Origin: Alkalispirochaeta sp.
GTDB lineage: Bacteria > Spirochaetota > Spirochaetia > DSM-27196 > Alkalispirochaetaceae
Assembly: GCA_965601925.1 (NCBI GenBank)
Contig: OZ271854.1
Span: 4,512,001 to 4,576,000, forward strand
DNA: 64,000 bases
Direction of reading: 5' to 3'
Shown here: positions 50,920 to 60,868 of the stretch, one piece after another
Layout of the letters: each line of letters begins with the position of its first letter
How positions within the stretch are numbered: position 1 is the stretch's first letter
The notes under the pieces: model-generated
Databases searched by the model: none
What the model was told of the DNA's origin: nothing
Seen by the model: the letters and a program-made list of their open reading frames with translations, nothing else
Made by a program: the position numbers and the translations under genes

Positions 50920-52131
50920 ATGATGAAGCCGAACATATATATTCTACTCTGCGCATTATGTATCGCCGTCGCCGGGGTGACGGTCGCAGAGGAGATCGGG
51001 CCGACCGGCTCGATCGTTTCGATAGTCTTTCAGGAGAGCCTCACACCGCAGGAGATCGATGAGTCGTCGCGCCAACTCTTTGAAGACTTTGCGCGTCCCG
51101 ATGCGGTCTATCCGGTCGACGTGTTCGAGCTGCGGTTCTCAACCAGGGATGCGGACGGGTCGATCCTGACGGCGCTTTCGACGCTCTATATTCCGATCAC
51201 CGATAGCGTGACGAGCGCTCCCGTGTTGGCCTTCGGGTCGGGAACAACGGGAATCGGCGACCACTGCGCCCCGAACAGCGAACGGCCCGAGGAGATCAAG
51301 TGGGGTTGGTATCGCCAAAATATGCTCGCCTACGGTGCACAAGGCATTATCACGGTATTTCCCGATTATGTCGGCTTCAACGATCCGGCGATACCGCAAC
51401 GCTACTTCAGCAAAGCCGCCGAGGGGCACCTGATGCTCGATGCGTTGCGCGCGGTACGTCGCGTGTTTGAGGAGCGCTCCGATCTCATTCGCGGACGCGT
51501 GCAGCCCGGAGACGGCAACGTTACGGCGGGATACTCGCAAGGGGGGCACGCAGCCCTCGCGGCTTTGGACATGAACGAGTACTATGCGCCGGAGCTCAGA
51601 CTCGACGGCGCAATCGGATTCGGATCGACGAATAGCGTTGAGAAACTCATGCAGGAGGCGGCCTTCTACAGCGCCAGCATCATCTACACCTACCAGCAGA
51701 TATACGGGACGGCAATGGTCAATCCGGCGCGCATCTTCCAACCTCAGTGGCTCGCCACGTTGGAAGAAAACGTACTCGCCATGTGCGTCCAGGACTTCCA
51801 AGCGCACTACCCGTTCGACGGCCAACCCTTCTATACCGAGGAGTTTTACAACGCCCTTCACGAGGGGCGTCTCGCTGAGGAGTTCCCGCGCCTGAAAGAG
51901 GTGCTTGACGAGAACGTAAGCGGCCTGAACGGCCACGGCAAACCGGTACTCATGGTTCAAGGTAACCAGGACGTCGTCGTTACCAACCCGGCGCAGCGTG
52001 AGTTTGCCGATCGGCTTCGCGAGGCCGGCAGCGAGGTCGAACTGATAGAAATGGAGGGTGTGCGCCACCGACACACACGTCCGGCCGGCTTTGCGCGCTC
52101 GGTGGAGTTCATCTTCGAGGTCTCCCTGTAG
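50920..52131 (+). CDS. Secretory lipase (LIP/CAL-A-like) alpha/beta hydrolase, paralogue 2
   Basis: Signal peptide; SGTTG..HCAP, PDYVG, GYSQGG, QGNQDVVV, GVRH. Confidence 0.85.
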   Translation: MMKPNIYILLCALCIAVAGVTVAEEIGPTGSIVSIVFQESLTPQEIDESSRQLFEDFARPDAVYPVDVFELRFSTRDADGSILTALSTLYIPITDSVTSAPVLAFGSGTTGIGDHCAPNSERPEEIKWGWYRQNMLAYGAQGIITVFPDYVGFNDPAIPQRYFSKAAEGHLMLDALRAVRRVFEERSDLIRGRVQPGDGNVTAGYSQGGHAALAALDMNEYYAPELRLDGAIGFGSTNSVEKLMQEAAFYSASIIYTYQQIYGTAMVNPARIFQPQWLATLEENVLAMCVQDFQAHYPFDGQPFYTEEFYNALHEGRLAEEFPRLKEVLDENVSGLNGHGKPVLMVQGNQDVVVTNPAQREFADRLREAGSEVELIEMEGVRHRHTRPAGFARSVEFIFEVSL

Positions 52132-52138
52132 GGAGACC
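52119..52138. terminator. Hairpin between convergent genes
   Basis: GGTCTCCC-TGTA-GGGAGACC; no U-tract. Confidence 0.35.
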
Positions 52139-52143
52139 CGCGA

Positions 52144-55100
52144 CTATTTCTTGCTCGCAAGCTCCAGAATCAACTCTACCTCGCCCTTGCTTACCTTGGT
52201 GGCTCGGGCGATCTCATCGACCTTCCACCCCTGATGGGCGAGCTTCTGCACCGTCTCGCGGGCGCTGAGGGTCGGCGCGCCGCCCGCCTCGGGTTTCTTC
52301 CGCGCATCCTCGCGCATGATGCTGCCCAGTAGTTTGACCTGCTCGCCGGCCTCCCGGCGTATCTCTTCCAGACGCGTCTCGGTGCGGGCAAGCCACTCCC
52401 GCGCGGTCTGCAGATCCCGCATTCGGCCTTCCACATCCTGCAGCGTCTCCTCGAGGCGCGCCAGCTGTGTGACGGCGACACTCGTCTCCTTCTTCTGCGC
52501 CGCTACCGCCTTAAGCTGGCCGGAGAGGGCCGCTATCTGTTCCGGCATCTGCTGAATACTGGAGGCAAGCTCGCCGAGTTTTCCTTCCATATCTTGGATT
52601 GCGCGGCTATTGGCCTCCAATCCGTCGGTCGTCTGATCGATTACTGCACGCCGCTTTTCGAGCCGGTCGAATCGCGTATCGACCTCCTGCTGGAGCTCGT
52701 CGAGGCTGCGCAGGCGGGCGGTGATATCCTGCAATTGGTCGTCGCTCGTCCCGACCTGCTCGATCTTGCCCTCGACGCTCTGCGCCAGGCCGATGAGGCG
52801 ATGGTAGTCCTCCTCCAACAGATCGATACGCCGCTTATCGGCGGTGAAACGCGCGACCTTCTCTCCCACGTCGGCCGACAACTTGCGAACTCGGGAGAAC
52901 TCCCCCTCGATGCCGCGCAACTCGCCGCGGAGGCCCTCGACGCGGGATATCTCCCCTTTGAGCGCTTCTATATCGTTGTGGAGCGCCGTCTTGAGCGAGT
53001 CCGCGCGTTCGAAGATCTTCGTCTGTTCGACGAACGCCTTTTGTCGTTTTTCGATCTCCTGCAGCGTGGTGGAGAGGGTGCGCGACTCCTCTTCCAGTTT
53101 GCCGAGCAGCTGCTCGCGCATCGCCTGAAACTGCTCGTGCGTGTCGGTGGTGAGAGCACGGAACTCGGCCGAGCGCGTTTGCAAGCGTTCGGCGATCTCC
53201 CGTTCGTGGCCGTCGGTACGCCGTTGCAGCTCGTCGGACCGCACTTCGAAGGCGTCGAGCACCTCGGCGGTTCTACTTTGTAACTGCTCCTCGAGTCGCC
53301 CGAGCTCGGTAGAGATCGATTCCAAATCCTCGCGGACGCGCCGACGTTCCTCAGCGCTGTCACGCACCAACTCGTCCCGTTCCTCGCCGAACTCCCGCTT
53401 GAGAGCTTGCAGGTTCTCGGACAGACGCACCTTCGCGTCGGCGAGTTGGTTATTGACATCCGCACCGTTGGCCCGCAGCTGATTAAGCACTTCGGTCTGC
53501 CACATCGCAACGTCGCTGCGCGCCGCCTCGACCATCTCCTGTACTACCTCGGCACCGGCCTGGGCCGAACGTTGAACGCGATCGATCTCGGTATTGATCG
53601 CCGTCTCGGCCTCTTTCAGATCGTCGCGAATCCGAGCGTCGGTTTGAGAAAACTCCTGGCGGAACGATTGGCGCGACCGTTCGCCGAGCGCCTCAAGTTC
53701 GTCTTGGATCGACGTTTCCAGCGTCGTGAGGCTCTGCTCCGCCGCATCCATGCGAGAGCGAATGCCGCCGCGAAACGAGTCCATCTGCTGATCGATCTTA
53801 TCGAGTTGACCGTGAATCGTATCTTGGAACTCGTGGAGCCGTGCACGCAGCTCGTCGCCGTAGGTTTGCTCGATCTCCGCCCGGCCCTCGGCGTGCTCGA
53901 CTTGTATGTCGTCCATCCTGCGGGCGACCTCACCGGCCCACGTACTGATACGCTCGTCCATAGCGGAAGAGCGCTGGCGCAGATCGGCAAAGAACTCGTC
54001 CTCGAACACTTTGAGGTTGGCGCTCACGCTGTCGTAGGCGCGCTGCTTGAGCTCGTTGAGCCCGGCTTCCAACTCGCCCATGGCACCGCGCAACTCCTCC
54101 ATGGACCGCTCTCCCTCGTCGCGATCCCGTTCGCGAAGGGCTCGAATCTCCTCACCGAACGCGAGAAAGTCTCCACGAACGCGCTCACTGATGCGGTCCA
54201 TCGTGGCGCGCAGGCTCCGTTCCAGCTCATCCACATCGGCGCCCACCGCCTCGATCTTCGAAAAACGGTACCCCAACTCTTTCTCGGAATCCGCCAGACG
54301 CGTCTCGATACCGGACAGAACGCGCTGTTCGACCTCGTGCGCACCGGTATCGATGCTCTGCGCGAGCTCCACCTTCACCGCCTCGATTCGATCCGTAACG
54401 GCGCGGCGATCGCTCTCGAGCTTGTCCCCGAGAAGACGCGTCTGTTCCGTAGTGGAATCGCCCAGCTGCTGCACCGTACTCAGCTCGGCTTCGAACTGCT
54501 CGCGTAACGCCCCAAGTCGCCGCTCGGTCGCCTCGCGCTGCGTCTCGATCCGCGTGCCGGTCTCTTCCACGTCGCCGTCGAGACGCGTTCGAAGCTCGTC
54601 GACGGAGGCGGTTACCGAATCGCGTAACGCCGCGACTCGGCCGTCGACTTCAGCGCGCAGGCGCCCGAGATCGTCCTCGGTTTCGCCGCGCTGCGTCTCG
54701 ATCAGTCGCCCCGCCTCTCCCATGTCGTTGTCGAGCCGCACACGAAGCTCGTCCACGGAGTCGGTCAACGAGGCGCGCAACGCCGCCACTTGATCTTCGA
54801 ACTCGCTACGGAGCCGTTGTAGGTGTTCCTCGGTCTCGCGGGAACGGCGCTCGATGCTCCGAGCATACTCCTCTTCGAGCGAACGGTTCTGATCCTGGAG
54901 CGTCTCTACATGCCGTTGGAGCTCATCGGTGCGTCGTTGATTCTCTTCGGTCCAACCGTCGACCTCGCGCTGCAACTGTGTGTATCGTTCGCTGATCGCA
55001 GCTTGACGTTCGTCGCTCTCCCGTCCCAGGTCGGCGACCCCGCTCTCGAGCCCCTCGCGCAGATCGGCGGCGCGTCTGGAGACGGTGTCGTCGATTGCGG

Positions 55101-56220
55101 CCAACGCTTCGCCGACGAGCACATCGGCGTGCTGGTGAGCCTCGTCGAGCCGGGATTGCAGCCGCTCCTCTCCCTCGGAAATCGATGCGTGAAGCGCCGC
55201 CATGCGCTCATCGCGCTCTTGCTCGGCCTCCTCCACGGCGCGGCGTAATTCGCTCTCGACCTCCTGCGACCGCGCCGCGATATGAGAACGGAGAGCGGTC
55301 AGCGCCTCGGTCTCGAGCTGGGTACCCTTCTCCGCTACGGCATCCAACGTACGTCGGGCTTCTCCCACGATACGCTCGACATCGTCGCGAAAACGCGTGA
55401 TCTCTTCCGATTCTTCGGCCCGGAGACGTTCGTACTCGATCGAGACGTCGCGTAACAGATCACCGACGCGCGCGCTCCCCTCCTCGAGTTCGCGGCGACT
55501 CGACGAGGCGATACCGTTCAGCTCCTCCGAGAGCCCGTCGGCGAGACGCTCGTGGAGCTGGGCCAGCGCACGCTGAGCCTCCTGGGAGCGGTCGTCGGTC
55601 TCGCTTTGAAGACGCGCGGCCTCCTCCGAGAAGGTCTGTACGCGCGTCGCCGCCCCGTCCACGCGGCTCTGCAACTCGTCCACCCGCGCCCGACTCTGCT
55701 CGAACAGGCGCTCCTCCACCTGGGTCAGGCGGTCGGTATTCTGCTTCTCGAATCCCGAAACGATCCCCGGAAGCGATCGTTCGAGTTCGTCGATCTTCGA
55801 CTGGGTCGCCTTGATACGTTTTCCGACCCTGTCGACGTACTCGCTCTCGTCTCGAACTCGAGCGATGTTGTCCTCGGTACGCCGCGTCATCTGTACCAGT
55901 TGATCGAGGACGCTTTCATACTCCGACAATCGCGTACCGATCGCCTCCAGGCTGCCCGTACGCGAGGAGAGATCCTCTTCGATCGCATTGATCCGTTTGA
56001 GCACCTCTTTGGCCGCTCTCTGGTGAACGTCGACCTCGATGCCGATGTCCTTCAGCATCGTGACCTTCTCCGCCACGATCTCGTCCATTTCGCCCTGGAT
56101 CCGCTCTACGAAGCGTTTCACCTTCTCGAGCGATCGATTGTTGTTGTCGAGCTGACGGTACACCGCGAGGATGATCACCACGACCAGTAGTACGACGATA
56201 TCGCCGATGGTAAATCCCAT
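52144..56220 (-). CDS. Giant spirochaete coiled-coil protein (SpiroCoCo-like)
   Basis: N-terminal TM + YRQLDNNNRSLEKVKR; about 1250 aa of heptads; C-terminal HTH-like QGWKVDEIARATKVSKGEVELILEL. Confidence 0.85.
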   Translation of the reverse strand: MGFTIGDIVVLLVVVIILAVYRQLDNNNRSLEKVKRFVERIQGEMDEIVAEKVTMLKDIGIEVDVHQRAAKEVLKRINAIEEDLSSRTGSLEAIGTRLSEYESVLDQLVQMTRRTEDNIARVRDESEYVDRVGKRIKATQSKIDELERSLPGIVSGFEKQNTDRLTQVEERLFEQSRARVDELQSRVDGAATRVQTFSEEAARLQSETDDRSQEAQRALAQLHERLADGLSEELNGIASSSRRELEEGSARVGDLLRDVSIEYERLRAEESEEITRFRDDVERIVGEARRTLDAVAEKGTQLETEALTALRSHIAARSQEVESELRRAVEEAEQERDERMAALHASISEGEERLQSRLDEAHQHADVLVGEALAAIDDTVSRRAADLREGLESGVADLGRESDERQAAISERYTQLQREVDGWTEENQRRTDELQRHVETLQDQNRSLEEEYARSIERRSRETEEHLQRLRSEFEDQVAALRASLTDSVDELRVRLDNDMGEAGRLIETQRGETEDDLGRLRAEVDGRVAALRDSVTASVDELRTRLDGDVEETGTRIETQREATERRLGALREQFEAELSTVQQLGDSTTEQTRLLGDKLESDRRAVTDRIEAVKVELAQSIDTGAHEVEQRVLSGIETRLADSEKELGYRFSKIEAVGADVDELERSLRATMDRISERVRGDFLAFGEEIRALRERDRDEGERSMEELRGAMGELEAGLNELKQRAYDSVSANLKVFEDEFFADLRQRSSAMDERISTWAGEVARRMDDIQVEHAEGRAEIEQTYGDELRARLHEFQDTIHGQLDKIDQQMDSFRGGIRSRMDAAEQSLTTLETSIQDELEALGERSRQSFRQEFSQTDARIRDDLKEAETAINTEIDRVQRSAQAGAEVVQEMVEAARSDVAMWQTEVLNQLRANGADVNNQLADAKVRLSENLQALKREFGEERDELVRDSAEERRRVREDLESISTELGRLEEQLQSRTAEVLDAFEVRSDELQRRTDGHEREIAERLQTRSAEFRALTTDTHEQFQAMREQLLGKLEEESRTLSTTLQEIEKRQKAFVEQTKIFERADSLKTALHNDIEALKGEISRVEGLRGELRGIEGEFSRVRKLSADVGEKVARFTADKRRIDLLEEDYHRLIGLAQSVEGKIEQVGTSDDQLQDITARLRSLDELQQEVDTRFDRLEKRRAVIDQTTDGLEANSRAIQDMEGKLGELASSIQQMPEQIAALSGQLKAVAAQKKETSVAVTQLARLEETLQDVEGRMRDLQTAREWLARTETRLEEIRREAGEQVKLLGSIMREDARKKPEAGGAPTLSARETVQKLAHQGWKVDEIARATKVSKGEVELILELASKK
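54487..54792 (-). repeat. Intragenic 153-nt (51-aa) tandem duplication
   Basis: VAALRASLTDSVDELRVRLDNDM..IETQR versus VAALRDSVTASVDELRTRLDGDV..IETQR at a 153-nt offset. Confidence 0.8.
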
Positions 56221-56425
56221 TCTTTGTTCTCCCAGTTCTCGGGTCAGTATAGTCCACTTTTCCTTAAACTGTTAATCCGGCACCTCTTAAAACCCGTCGA
56301 GATCGCACTGAATAGTCATTCCCACACACGGTCGGGCCGAATCCTCCACGACTCCGGGAGTGTTTACGCGGTGCCCTCCATCCAAAAAACGACGATCGGT
56401 GCCGCTTCCCCTTTTCTGCGGACCG

Positions 56426-57115
56426 TCAGCCGGGCGTCGGGATGCGCGGGAGGAGCCATGCATGCAACTCGGTATAGCGCGAAAACACACAGTCGGCGAC
56501 GCCCGCCTTTGCGGAACGTCGTCTCGTGATGTAGGCGGTTCTCATCCCCGCGTTCCGCGCCCCGATCACATCGTAGTGCGCGCTGTTCCCGACGTAGAGG
56601 ATTCGCTCCGGCGGCTCGCCGAGCTCCGCCGCAAGGCGGTCGAACGGTTCGGGAGCCGGCTTGAGATATCCGATATCCTCGGAGGAGAACGCGGCGTCCC
56701 ACAGCCCCTCGAGACCGAGCGTACGCAGCTTGCGATGCACGGGAAAGTCGGACATCGCGCCGATCTTTACGCCCCTATCGCGGAGCCACAAGAGAAGCTC
56801 CTTGGCGCCGCGATGGGGTTTTACGCGGCCCAACGTCGCCTCCCACCGTCGGTAGATGATATTGCGAATCATGGCTTCGGCGCGCTCGACCGGGATACCG
56901 AGGTGTTCGGCGGTCAACGCAGCGGTGGTCGCCGCAAGATCGTCGATCGGTCGGATTCTCCTCGATGCGATACGCGCCCGGCCGAAGGCTCGAAAGAGGC
57001 GCGCGTGGCGCAGTACGAGCGGGGCGGAGGCGAGATACATTTTCCAGTTGGGATACAGCGTGCCGTCGATATCGAATGCGACGGCGGTAATGGAGATGGT
57101 GTCGTGATCCGTCAC
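56426..57115 (-). CDS. HAD family hydrolase
   Basis: FDIDGTLY, KPAPEPF, YVGNS...DV.GA; GTGA overlap with upstream stop. Confidence 0.9.
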   Translation of the reverse strand: MTDHDTISITAVAFDIDGTLYPNWKMYLASAPLVLRHARLFRAFGRARIASRRIRPIDDLAATTAALTAEHLGIPVERAEAMIRNIIYRRWEATLGRVKPHRGAKELLLWLRDRGVKIGAMSDFPVHRKLRTLGLEGLWDAAFSSEDIGYLKPAPEPFDRLAAELGEPPERILYVGNSAHYDVIGARNAGMRTAYITRRRSAKAGVADCVFSRYTELHAWLLPRIPTPG

Positions 57116-58125
57116 TCGTACCGCCCGGCTCTGGTTTCGACAATGATTGTAACCGACCCCTCGACGACGGGCGAGTCGGGCGACGGGGCGGGCTGAAATA
57201 TCCACGTCCGCACCGCCTCGACGAGCGCGGAATCGAGACCCGGCTCCGGAGTGGGAGGGAATACCGACGCGGAGACGACGCGACCGGCGGCGTTCACGCG
57301 AAAGCGCACGGAGACGGGATACTCGGCCGGAAATCCGGCGCCGAGCGAGACGGTATCAAGAGCGATCGGATCTCCGCGCAGACGAGTACGCCGCCCGTCG
57401 CCGTCGCCGATCGCGATACCGCCGGACGCCGCAGAATCGGTCTCGGCGGCGTCCGGCGGCTCCCGATCGCCCGGTGAGGCCGTCTCGATTACATTCGTGC
57501 TACCGGAGCGAATGGCGTCCACGAGACGGTCCAATTCGCGAGCAAGCGCTCCCTCGATCTCGGGCTGCAATGGTCGCGGCGCGACCTCGCCTCCGTCGAG
57601 GCGCTGCGCCTGCTCCGCCTCCCACACTTCAAGATCGCGCCGATACGCCTCCTGCCAGTCGTACAGCGCCTGCAGCTGTTCGTTCAGGAAGGCCGCGTCC
57701 GTCGACCGCGATTCGGAAGGGGCGAAATCACCCCGAAGGTCCGAGGCGACGCGAGTACGGGGCGGTAGCGGCGGCGGCGGCGGAACGAATGCGCGTTCGG
57801 CCGGAGCTGGGGCGGCAACCGTACCGTCGGTATCCCGGGTCGAAGGACGCTCATCGGGCGCGGCGGAACTCGACGACTCGGCGCGTGCGACGGTCTCCTC
57901 GCGAACGACGGGCTCTCGTGTCGGCGGCGGAACCGGCTCGGTCTCGCTGCTCGCCGTCACCGGCAGTGGATCGAGTGCGACATACAACGGCGCGTCGAAC
58001 GTCTCGTCCCGTACGGCGTCGAGGCGCGGAATGAGGATAAAGAGCGCTCCATGCAATACGAGCGCCACGGCGAGAGCGACGAGAAATCGCTCCCCATCGC
58101 CGTCGGTCACCCGAAGATTCCTCAC
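57112..58125 (-). CDS. tonB: TonB family energy transducer
   Basis: TM with ALVLH, Pro-rich linker, C-terminal V.FRVNAAGRV...LDSALVEAVRTWIFQPA. Confidence 0.75.
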   Translation of the reverse strand: MRNLRVTDGDGERFLVALAVALVLHGALFILIPRLDAVRDETFDAPLYVALDPLPVTASSETEPVPPPTREPVVREETVARAESSSSAAPDERPSTRDTDGTVAAPAPAERAFVPPPPPLPPRTRVASDLRGDFAPSESRSTDAAFLNEQLQALYDWQEAYRRDLEVWEAEQAQRLDGGEVAPRPLQPEIEGALARELDRLVDAIRSGSTNVIETASPGDREPPDAAETDSAASGGIAIGDGDGRRTRLRGDPIALDTVSLGAGFPAEYPVSVRFRVNAAGRVVSASVFPPTPEPGLDSALVEAVRTWIFQPAPSPDSPVVEGSVTIIVETRAGRYE

Positions 58126-58532
58126 CGTTCGTCGTCCTCCTGTTGGGCGACCAAGTTGGCGCCGCGAAAGCCGTTGCGCCGCAGCACGTCGAGAACGGCC
58201 ACCATCGTACCGTACGGCAAACTCCGGTCGGCCTCGATGGAGATCGATCGTTCTTCGTACCCGGAGCTATCGTCGGCGAGAAGCGAAGACAACTCCTCCA
58301 ATGTGTATCGTTCGGAGGCGAGATAGATCTCGTCCTCGGACACCACGGAGAGAACGATGCTGCTGGTCACCGCTTCCTGCGCCGTTCCGGCATCGGGGAG
58401 GTCGAGATTGAGCCCGGTTCGGGTGATCAATGTGCTGGAGAGCATGAAAAACACCACCAGTTGAAAGACGACGTCGATCATCGGAATGAGATCGACGTTA
58501 ACCATCGGGTGTAGTCGCCGGCGAAATTGCAT
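58122..58532 (-). CDS. exbD: ExbD/TolR family protein
   Basis: LIPMIDVVFQLVVFFML with conserved Asp, IEADRSLPYG. Confidence 0.92.
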   Translation of the reverse strand: MQFRRRLHPMVNVDLIPMIDVVFQLVVFFMLSSTLITRTGLNLDLPDAGTAQEAVTSSIVLSVVSEDEIYLASERYTLEELSSLLADDSSGYEERSISIEADRSLPYGTMVAVLDVLRRNGFRGANLVAQQEDDER

Positions 58533-58536
58533 CGCT

Positions 58537-59145
58537 CTACTCCTTCTTGAGATAGAGGACCAACTCGTTGACCCGATTCTCGAGGCGAATGATCGAATGG
58601 TTGACCCGGCTCACGAGATAATTATAGAAGGCAATTGCCGGAACCGAGACGATAATTCCCGCCGCGGTGGTGAGCAGCGCCTCGGAAATACCTTGAGCGA
58701 GCACCGCCGGATCACCGCCGCCGATACCGGTCTCGCCGAGTACGCCGAAGGCTTGAATGTTTCCGGTAACGGTACCGAGAAGTCCCAAAAGAGGCGTCAC
58801 GTGGGCGATCGTCCCGAGACTGGAGAGAAACCGCTCCATACGGGGGATCTCCAAGTTCGCCGCGTCGCCGATGGCCATCCTGATGACCTCTCGCGAGTAA
58901 TTCCGATGTTCGATCCCGACCTTCATGAGGTTGGTAATGGGGCTCGGCAACGCCTCACATACCGCCAGCGCCTCGTCGAAGTTGCCCTTTGTGAGGGTCG
59001 TCTCGAGACGCCGCATCACCGTATCCTCGTCGACGCGATTCTTGCGAAAGAAGAGAAATCGCTCTACCACTATCGCGACGGCGACGATCGAGAGGGCGAG
59101 GATCACCACAAAAATGATCCCGCCTTGTTCAATTAGTTCGACCAT
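58537..59145 (-). CDS. exbB: MotA/TolQ/ExbB proton channel protein
   Basis: PLLGLLGTVTG, GISEALLTTAAG. Confidence 0.92.
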   Translation of the reverse strand: MVELIEQGGIIFVVILALSIVAVAIVVERFLFFRKNRVDEDTVMRRLETTLTKGNFDEALAVCEALPSPITNLMKVGIEHRNYSREVIRMAIGDAANLEIPRMERFLSSLGTIAHVTPLLGLLGTVTGNIQAFGVLGETGIGGGDPAVLAQGISEALLTTAAGIIVSVPAIAFYNYLVSRVNHSIIRLENRVNELVLYLKKE

Positions 59146-59230
59146 GTGCTACTCCATATCTCGTGCGCCCGGTATCGGGTCCGCACGCTCTCGATCATTC
59201 GTCGCGACGCCGCGCGACGTCGGGGCGATG

Positions 59231-60868
59231 TTAAAAGCTTACTCGAACCGCCAACCCCGCCTGCAGGCCGGGATCGATAAAGGGATCCGCCGCGGACACC
59301 TCGACACCGCGCGGCGTCCGTCCGTCGTCGAGGAGCGGTCCGAGGAGGTCCCGAGCGTACAAGCGAACCTCGACGCCTCGCGACAGTTCGTACGACACTT
59401 CGGTCTCGACGACGGGCGCTATCAGCTCTCCGTCTATGGGGAACCGTACTCCGAGCTCGCTCGACACTCGTTCCCACTCGACGCGCACCAAACCGGTGAT
59501 TTCGTGCTCCGCCTCGCCGAGCATGCGGTCATTCCATCGCGCAAACCACCCGCCTTCGATACCGACACGCTCGCCGACGGATACCGAAAGCGTCGCATCG
59601 CTGTCCATCCGTTCGGTGTCCTCAACCACGATCGGGAATACTCCCGTCGCGGAGTCGTAGGGGTCGACGGTAAGCGTATTCTCTTCATCCGACCACATGA
59701 GGCCGGCCGACGCTCCGAGAACACCGGGAATGACGCGTATCTCCAGATCCCCATGAGCAAACCAACTCTCGTGGAGCGGGAGTTGATCGGAGGAGCCGCC
59801 CGGGGCGGTCGCAACCGGATACGCGGACCATAACGAAGCGTAGCTTCTGTCGGTGACGCGATATCCACCGGCGAGGGCGATCTCCCACCACTCGTTACCG
59901 CGGTAGGCGACGCCGGCCTCGGCGGGGAAATACGGCGCGTCGAAGAATCGGTAACGCGTCGAGCCCTGGGCGCTTACGGTCAGCCCGTCGCGCGGCACGC
60001 CTTCGACGGCGAGAGTGAGGCCCACCGACGAGCTGGGATCGACCGTTGCGCCCTCGTCGAAACGCCCCTCGTAGTCGGCGCTCGTCTCCAGGCGTAGGCG
60101 CGGCCATTCGAGACGGCCGAATACGTCGCCCACGACGAGCCTGTGTGACTCTTCGGGCGAGTCGGTATCGGAGTCAAGGGAGGCGAGAACGCGTCGCCTG
60201 TCGGAAAGAGTGGCCTCGACTCCCGCACTGCTGCGCGTTCCCCACTCCCACGACGTGCCCACTCGTCCCTCGAGCCCCCGCGTGTCGGCGGAGTAGAACA
60301 GCGGCCGCCCCTGCAGGCCGTATCGTCGGTCCTCGTATCGTCCCTCGATCTCCAAGCTCGCTCCGTCTTCGCGGCCGAAACGCAACCACGTATCGAGCGT
60401 GTTCTCCTGCACGAAGAAGCCGCTGCCCGGCTCGTTGAACTGAAATCCATCGGCGCCGGAGTGGTCGTAGCCCAGGCGAAACTGCGGCCCGTCGCCGAGG
60501 CGGTAAACATTAATGCTCCCGAGTACCGAGCTGACGCTTCCACCGCCCAGAGTCGCATTGAAGAAGACTTGATTTGTCGTGTTCGCAAAGTCTCCGACGA
60601 CGATCGTCTCGCGCGGCACGACGGGCGGTGCAAGATCCTGTACCGGCAACGCAGGCGGACTCGAGACGACATCGGGTGAGGGAGATTCGAACTCGAGAGG
60701 TGCCATCGGCGGTAGAGAGCCGATGACGGCGTCGAGCGGATCGACCCGCACGTCGACCCGCTCCGGATCGACGGCCAGAGGACGATCGTCCGTCTCCTGC
60801 GCCGTCACGAGGTGGGCCGAGGCCGCGGCGATCAAAGCGGCGAGCGGGAGAATGGTTGCGATTTTCAT
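59231..60868 (-). CDS. Probable outer-membrane beta-barrel protein
   Basis: Signal peptide, Pro-rich N-terminal linker, alternating beta-strand pattern, C-terminal Phe (GLAVRVSF). Confidence 0.7.
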   Translation of the reverse strand: MKIATILPLAALIAAASAHLVTAQETDDRPLAVDPERVDVRVDPLDAVIGSLPPMAPLEFESPSPDVVSSPPALPVQDLAPPVVPRETIVVGDFANTTNQVFFNATLGGGSVSSVLGSINVYRLGDGPQFRLGYDHSGADGFQFNEPGSGFFVQENTLDTWLRFGREDGASLEIEGRYEDRRYGLQGRPLFYSADTRGLEGRVGTSWEWGTRSSAGVEATLSDRRRVLASLDSDTDSPEESHRLVVGDVFGRLEWPRLRLETSADYEGRFDEGATVDPSSSVGLTLAVEGVPRDGLTVSAQGSTRYRFFDAPYFPAEAGVAYRGNEWWEIALAGGYRVTDRSYASLWSAYPVATAPGGSSDQLPLHESWFAHGDLEIRVIPGVLGASAGLMWSDEENTLTVDPYDSATGVFPIVVEDTERMDSDATLSVSVGERVGIEGGWFARWNDRMLGEAEHEITGLVRVEWERVSSELGVRFPIDGELIAPVVETEVSYELSRGVEVRLYARDLLGPLLDDGRTPRGVEVSAADPFIDPGLQAGLAVRVSF

